DNA of 58,667 nucleotides from an uncultured Christensenellaceae bacterium. GTDB lineage: Bacteria > Bacillota > Clostridia > Christensenellales > DTU072. The notes below the pieces were generated by a model. That model saw only the letters and a program-made list of their open reading frames with translations, made no database searches and was not told the origin of the DNA. This document shows, in pieces, positions 51,201 to 57,200 of this stretch. A program made the position numbers and the translations under genes. Location of the stretch: NCBI GenBank assembly GCA_964480195.1, contig CAYZOJ010000002.1:1-58667 (forward strand), read 5' to 3'. Within the stretch, counting starts at the first letter, position 1. The number at the start of each line of letters is the position of its first letter.

Positions 51201-54200
51201 TCCAAGACAACATCGGAGAGCTTACCTTGCGTATCAAAGCCGACGTAACTCTTACAGCACTTGACGAGTGGAGCATTAACGCGATGATCCAACTCGTAAG
51301 GCTCAAAGAGGACGGCACATATGAAAACGGCGACGACGTCGACGAAGAAGTATTCGCGCTTTACGTACTCGGCTCTTTGAACAACGCTACGGGCTATGCC
51401 GAAAACGGGCTCCAAGTCTATATGACCATGAGCTCGATGGAGCAATACGGCTTGACGGGCATAATCCTCGACTCCTCGGTATTCGAGAAGTTCTTCAACC
51501 TGAACTTGAACGCCGTACTCGAGTCGTTAGGCGGAACGCTCGCCACGACGATGGACGGCTCCATTATCGCGATGCTCAACAGCCTCATGCAATCGGTAAA
51601 CGGTATTATCGGAAGCATCGGCGGTGACGCGTCGGAAGAAACCGATCCCGAAGGACCCAAGAGTGAAGCAAGCGTTTCGACAGGCGAGGGCACTTCGACC
51701 GAAGGCACCGAAGAAGAGAATCCCTACGCGCCCGACGACGGCGAAGGCGACGAAGACAACGTTGCGTGGTATGCGGGACTCTTTGACAGTATCCAATTCA
51801 CCAAGGGCGCGATTTCGATAGTCATAGCGCAGACGGCTGTACAGACGATACTCGACGAGTTGTTGACCTTCCCGTTCGACGAAAAACTCGGCGAACTCTC
51901 CTTCACGCTCGACAACTACGATAACTCTTTGAAACTCTCGTTCGGTACCGACTATCAAGAGCCTGTCGACATCAGCGACATCGACCTCGATAAGCTCAAG
52001 ATTACCGTCGGCGAAGACGCTGTCGTAAACGACGTCAATAACTACATCGAAGCTCTCGAACGCGACATATTGAAGGTAGCGTCGCCGTTCTTCCTTAGCG
52101 GTGTTACCGTCCAATACGATAACTATAGCGGAATGCTCAACGCAAGTTCGGCATACGTCGGCGACGTCAACAACGCCCAAGTTCTCGGCATTTCCGATAG
52201 CTACGTAAGATACCTCGTTTATGACGCCGAAACGATATTCGGTTCTACCGTAACGAGCCAATCCGAATTGACGCGCAAGCAATACGCGCTCGCGATAATT
52301 GAGGCGATTAACACCCGTCTTAAAGACAGATATACGCTTGTATCTTCCGATTCCGTCAACGGCATTTACGGATTCGAGAATCAAACGTTAAGAGCAAAAG
52401 TCGCGGTTAAACTCTCTGACGAAGACATCAACGTCGAGGGCAATCCTTATAAACAATATAAAGTAATAGTGGCTGTCGCATACGAAAGCTCGAAGCTCGA
52501 TTTGAGCACGGTAGAAGCCGACGTATTCGGCGGTAAACAAGTAAGCCTTACCACCGAAGAAATCGCCACCAACGAAATCAGAGAGCAATACGACGACGAC
52601 TTCCTCGAAGGCATCACCGTACCCGTCGACGACGGCAAGTCCGTTGCGCTCAAGGCGGAAAGCGTTTACGTACAGAAGTTCAAGCTTTATGCGGGACAAG
52701 AGTACGAAGTCGAAAATCCCGGCACGCGTAACGTCTTCTATTACGTATACAACCCGCTCGATTTCTACGATTACGAAGAAACCGGCGACAGATACTCCGA
52801 AATCGCGCTCAAAGAGAAGAAAGCTCTTGCGGAAAAACTCTTATTGGTTATCTCCGACTACTTCCACGAGGGCGAATACACCTGGTCCAAGAGCGCGGAC
52901 GGCGTACACGAACTCTATAAGAGCGACACGCGCTTCAACGTCGCTATCAAGGTTGTAGAAGAGAAGGAAGTCATCGGCGGAACCGAAAGGACTGTCGGTT
53001 ACAAGGTAATAATGGGCACTTCGAGCGACAAGAGTATGTTCAACGTGTATGTCAAGATACACGGACTCGACATCGGTCTCGGCGAAGGCAACATCTTCCA
53101 AGAAATGCCTCTCGGCGGAAAGCTCCGCGACGGCAAGACGGAATACACTATTATTAACGAAGCCGGTGAAGAAGAGATCGTCAAATACGATTATCTCGAC
53201 TACTTCGCAACTCAGTTCATGCCTCTTTCGGACTACAAGTGGGAGTTCGAACTCTACTCCGAACTCACCATCGACGATACCGTAGGCGGAATATTCGATA
53301 TGTCCGACCTTATGGTATTGGTAGGCGGGCTCATAGGCGGGGACATCGGCAATTCGATATCTCAAATCAACTTCGCGTTGCAACCGATAGACGACGTGGC
53401 AATCACGTTCGGTATCGCGGTTCGCGCGTACATTGACTTTGGCGACTTCACTCCCATGCGCTTCCAAGTTGAGCTCACCAACCAAGGTAAGACCGTACTC
53501 CTTCTTACCTACGTAGGCGGTTACGACGTTGACGAAAACGGCATTTACGAAAACAGCAAGCTCTATGTAGACCTCAGCGGTCTCGGATTCCCCTCGGTCA
53601 AACTCGAGCACATCCAGCTTGCCAAGATAGTTAAAGACCTTATGGGCGGTCTCAGCGGAGAAACCGAAGAGAACAAGCCCGAAAACGGCGCAGACAATGG
53701 CGAATCGGGAACCGTAAACGGCAATTCGGGAACCTCTACTCCCGCAAACGCCTCCGCTTCCGACGAACCCGAAAGAATTTACTTAAGCGATAAAGACATC
53801 GACTTCAAGATGTTGCTCTTGACGTTCGGCGAAGAGAATACGAGTATTGCGATAACCGGTGCTCTTCTCTGCTCGCTCATAGGCGCAATCGGTCAGAACG
53901 AAGTCATCTCTTCCGCTCTCGGCGGACTCGACATCGACATCCCGATGTTCCGTAACCTCCAAATCGGTTACTCCAAAGAAGACGGACTCGCGGGTATCAT
54001 CTTACGCCTTACCGACGACACGCCTTACGAAAAGGCAATGCGCATAGGCTTCAACTTCCGCAACGTAAGCGAAAGACCCGACGGATACGGTTCTTACACC
54101 AAGTTCTGGACGGGCGACGAGTCGTCGACCTCGATTGACCCGAGAGAAAATGTCGAAGGCGAAGTCGAAGACGGAATCGCTTACGAGAACATCGACGTTA

Positions 54201-57200
54201 TCACCCAAGTAGGTCTCGGACTCGAAGTCGAAGTTCGCGTACGTACCAAGGACACCGAAAAGTCTTCACAGCTTCTCGCACTCGAAACGTTACTCCAAAA
54301 ACTCCTCGCAAGCTCGGGAATGCTCCCGGACAGCGAAGGCGTCATCAACCTCGATGTACAGAACACAATGCTCGTGTTCACATTGGGACTTAACGTATAT
54401 ACCGACCTTTCCGACCTCACCAAGACCACGCTTGCGTTGAACTTGGGACTCTCCGGCGAAGATCTCCTTGCGATATACTTCCTCGGAAGCACCAACACCG
54501 TATACGCGGATCTCAGCGGACTCGGATTCTTCAAGGCGGCGATAAACGGTATTGACCTTATAGGCATACTCAACACCTTCCTTGGCGGATTCTTGGGCGA
54601 CGAGGGCTTGGAAGTCGGCAAGATGCTTGCAGGTCTTGTATCCGGCATAACGGGCGCTTCTCAAGCGTCGGTCAACGCGACGAGCACCAATTACGTATCG
54701 ACGTCCGAAACCGTCGAAGCTCCGCGTAACGCCGCAATCGACCTCGTAACGTCGACGGATAACCCGCTCCTCAAGATACTCATATCCAACGAAGAACTCA
54801 TCATCAACCCGAACGTGGCAATCCTTTCGAGCCTGCTCGGCGATTCGATGACTCTTCCCAAGATAACGGATATGCGTCTCGGCATCAACCTCTATCAAGG
54901 TTTCAACAACCTCAACATCAAGGTAAAACTCGACCACAAGGGCAACTATCTCAATATGGCTGTTCCGGAAGGCGGGTTGCAAATCGAAATAGGCAAGACC
55001 GCGGAACGCCTTAAACTCTACACCATAGGCGACGAATCCACTTACGGCGGTATCGTAGGTATCTCGATGGGTCTTGACTCGGCGGGATCGCTCTCCGCGG
55101 GTATTGACGCATTGACGCTCGCGCAGGGCATTTTGGACGTCATCGACCTTAAGAACTTTGCGATTTACCTCGAAAAGCGTAACGACTACTTCTTCATTCG
55201 TAACCTTGCTTACAAGGTAACGACGGGTAACTTCTCGTTCGACTATTTCGGAACCTCTTACAGCACCGGTCCTACCGTATTCTCGACTCAGTTCGATAAC
55301 AGATTCATCAACTCCAAGACCGGACTCGATCCGTACGACGACGCGTACGTATCCACCGGACAGCTCTTCAGCTTGTCGATAGGTTCTTGGGACGTAGGTC
55401 AATACGCAAAAGCGTACGAGCCGATATTCTTCGACAACGCGTACAGAAGACTTGCAATCTACGCGACCAAGGACGTTCGCAACGTAACCGACCTCGAGAT
55501 AAGACAGCTTACGCAAGTAGGTAACGTCGAGTCTTACGCAGATCAGACAGACTGGGAGCCGATGGGTCTTAACGCGTACATTAAAGACAACGTCTTGAAG
55601 CTCTCGCTTGACAACATCGTCGTCATCGACTTGAGCGGACTTATTCAGCAGATTTTGAGTTGGATTATTTCCGCTGTCGGTAACGCTATCGGCGGTGGCG
55701 TCGCGGGAACCATAATCAATGCTGTTTGGGGCGTTGCGGGCGACGCTGTATCCACGTGGATTGCAGACCTCCTCGGCGACTTCAGCATAACGATAGGCGG
55801 TGTCGAATACGGACACTACGGCAACCCGCTCAAAGTAGGTAAGCTCGTCACCGACATACTCTCGGGCGGAGATCCGACATACGGCTTCGGCGTTGTAAAT
55901 ATGTATCTCCCGGAATTCCTGCCTTCGCTCATTTCGAGCCTCAGGGCAAGTTCGTTCGAAGATACCAACAGCTACGGCTCTATGTACGGTAACGTCAACC
56001 ACTACAACAAGGCGACCGGCGAGTACGAACCCGTCGCGGGCGCTAAGGTTGTTCTCGGAAACGACCAATACGTAACGTACACCGACTCGGACGGCGATTA
56101 CAGCTTCATCAACGTTGCAATCGGCACGTACAACGTAAAGATTACTTGCGACGGATACAACACCTTACCGAGAGTCGGTCAGGCAAGCCCGCAAGCGACC
56201 GTTTACGCGTACTACGACAAGCCCGCAATGGAAGCGAACTACACCCTCGAAGAGTACGAAACCGGCACTTGGACAAACGTAACCCTCAAGGGTCAAGTCA
56301 AGTACGAGTCCTCTAAGGGCGTATACACGATTCTCAAGGGCGTGGATGTCGAAATCGAGAACCACGGTGTTTGGATTACAGTCGGAACCACCGATTCCGA
56401 AGGTAACTATTCGGGAACGCTTACGACCAACCTCGTAGGTTCCTACCACAATATGAGAGTTGCAAGCGGTATCGCTCACATCGGAACGATAACTTCGTCG
56501 GTGACCCTCAAATACACCGCGGACGGTTTGTCGATGGTAAAAGACTACACCGTCAACATTACCTATAACATTCCGTCGCCCGACGCTACGGTAACCGCAA
56601 CGCTCAAGACGTTGGATCTTACCGAAACGCTTCTCAACGGACAAGCGTCGACCGTATACAATAACTACGCGCGTCGCGATACCGAAGATACGTCTTTCGA
56701 CTCCACAGCCGTTTACAGTTATCAGAACGCCGGCACCATCGTCGGTAGCAAGGTAGACAAAGACCTCGTTCAAAACAAACTCGGCGGAACGGCAGTCGCC
56801 GCATACACCGAAAACGATACCGTTTACAACGTATACGAGTTCGAAACGGTAGCCGCGATGAAGAGCGGTATCTCCGCATTCGTAACCGCGATTAAGGAAT
56901 TGTCCTACACCCAAAACGAGACAAAATACGCGCTCTACGACGTAACCGAAGAAATCGGCTCGCTCTACTACCGCGCGACTTCTTATCAAGAACGCAACAT
57001 TACCGAAATTCGCGGATTCGCGTCGCAATACAAAGACGGCAAGTTCTGCTATCGCGTAATCGTTGCTCGCAGACAAGCGACTCTCGTCGCGGTCGACTTC
57101 TCCGCACTCGAAGTATGGCTCGAAAGGGACGGCAGAACGATACGTAATTCCGACTCGTTCTCGGGAACCAACCTCAACGTCATCAGCATCTACAAGGACG

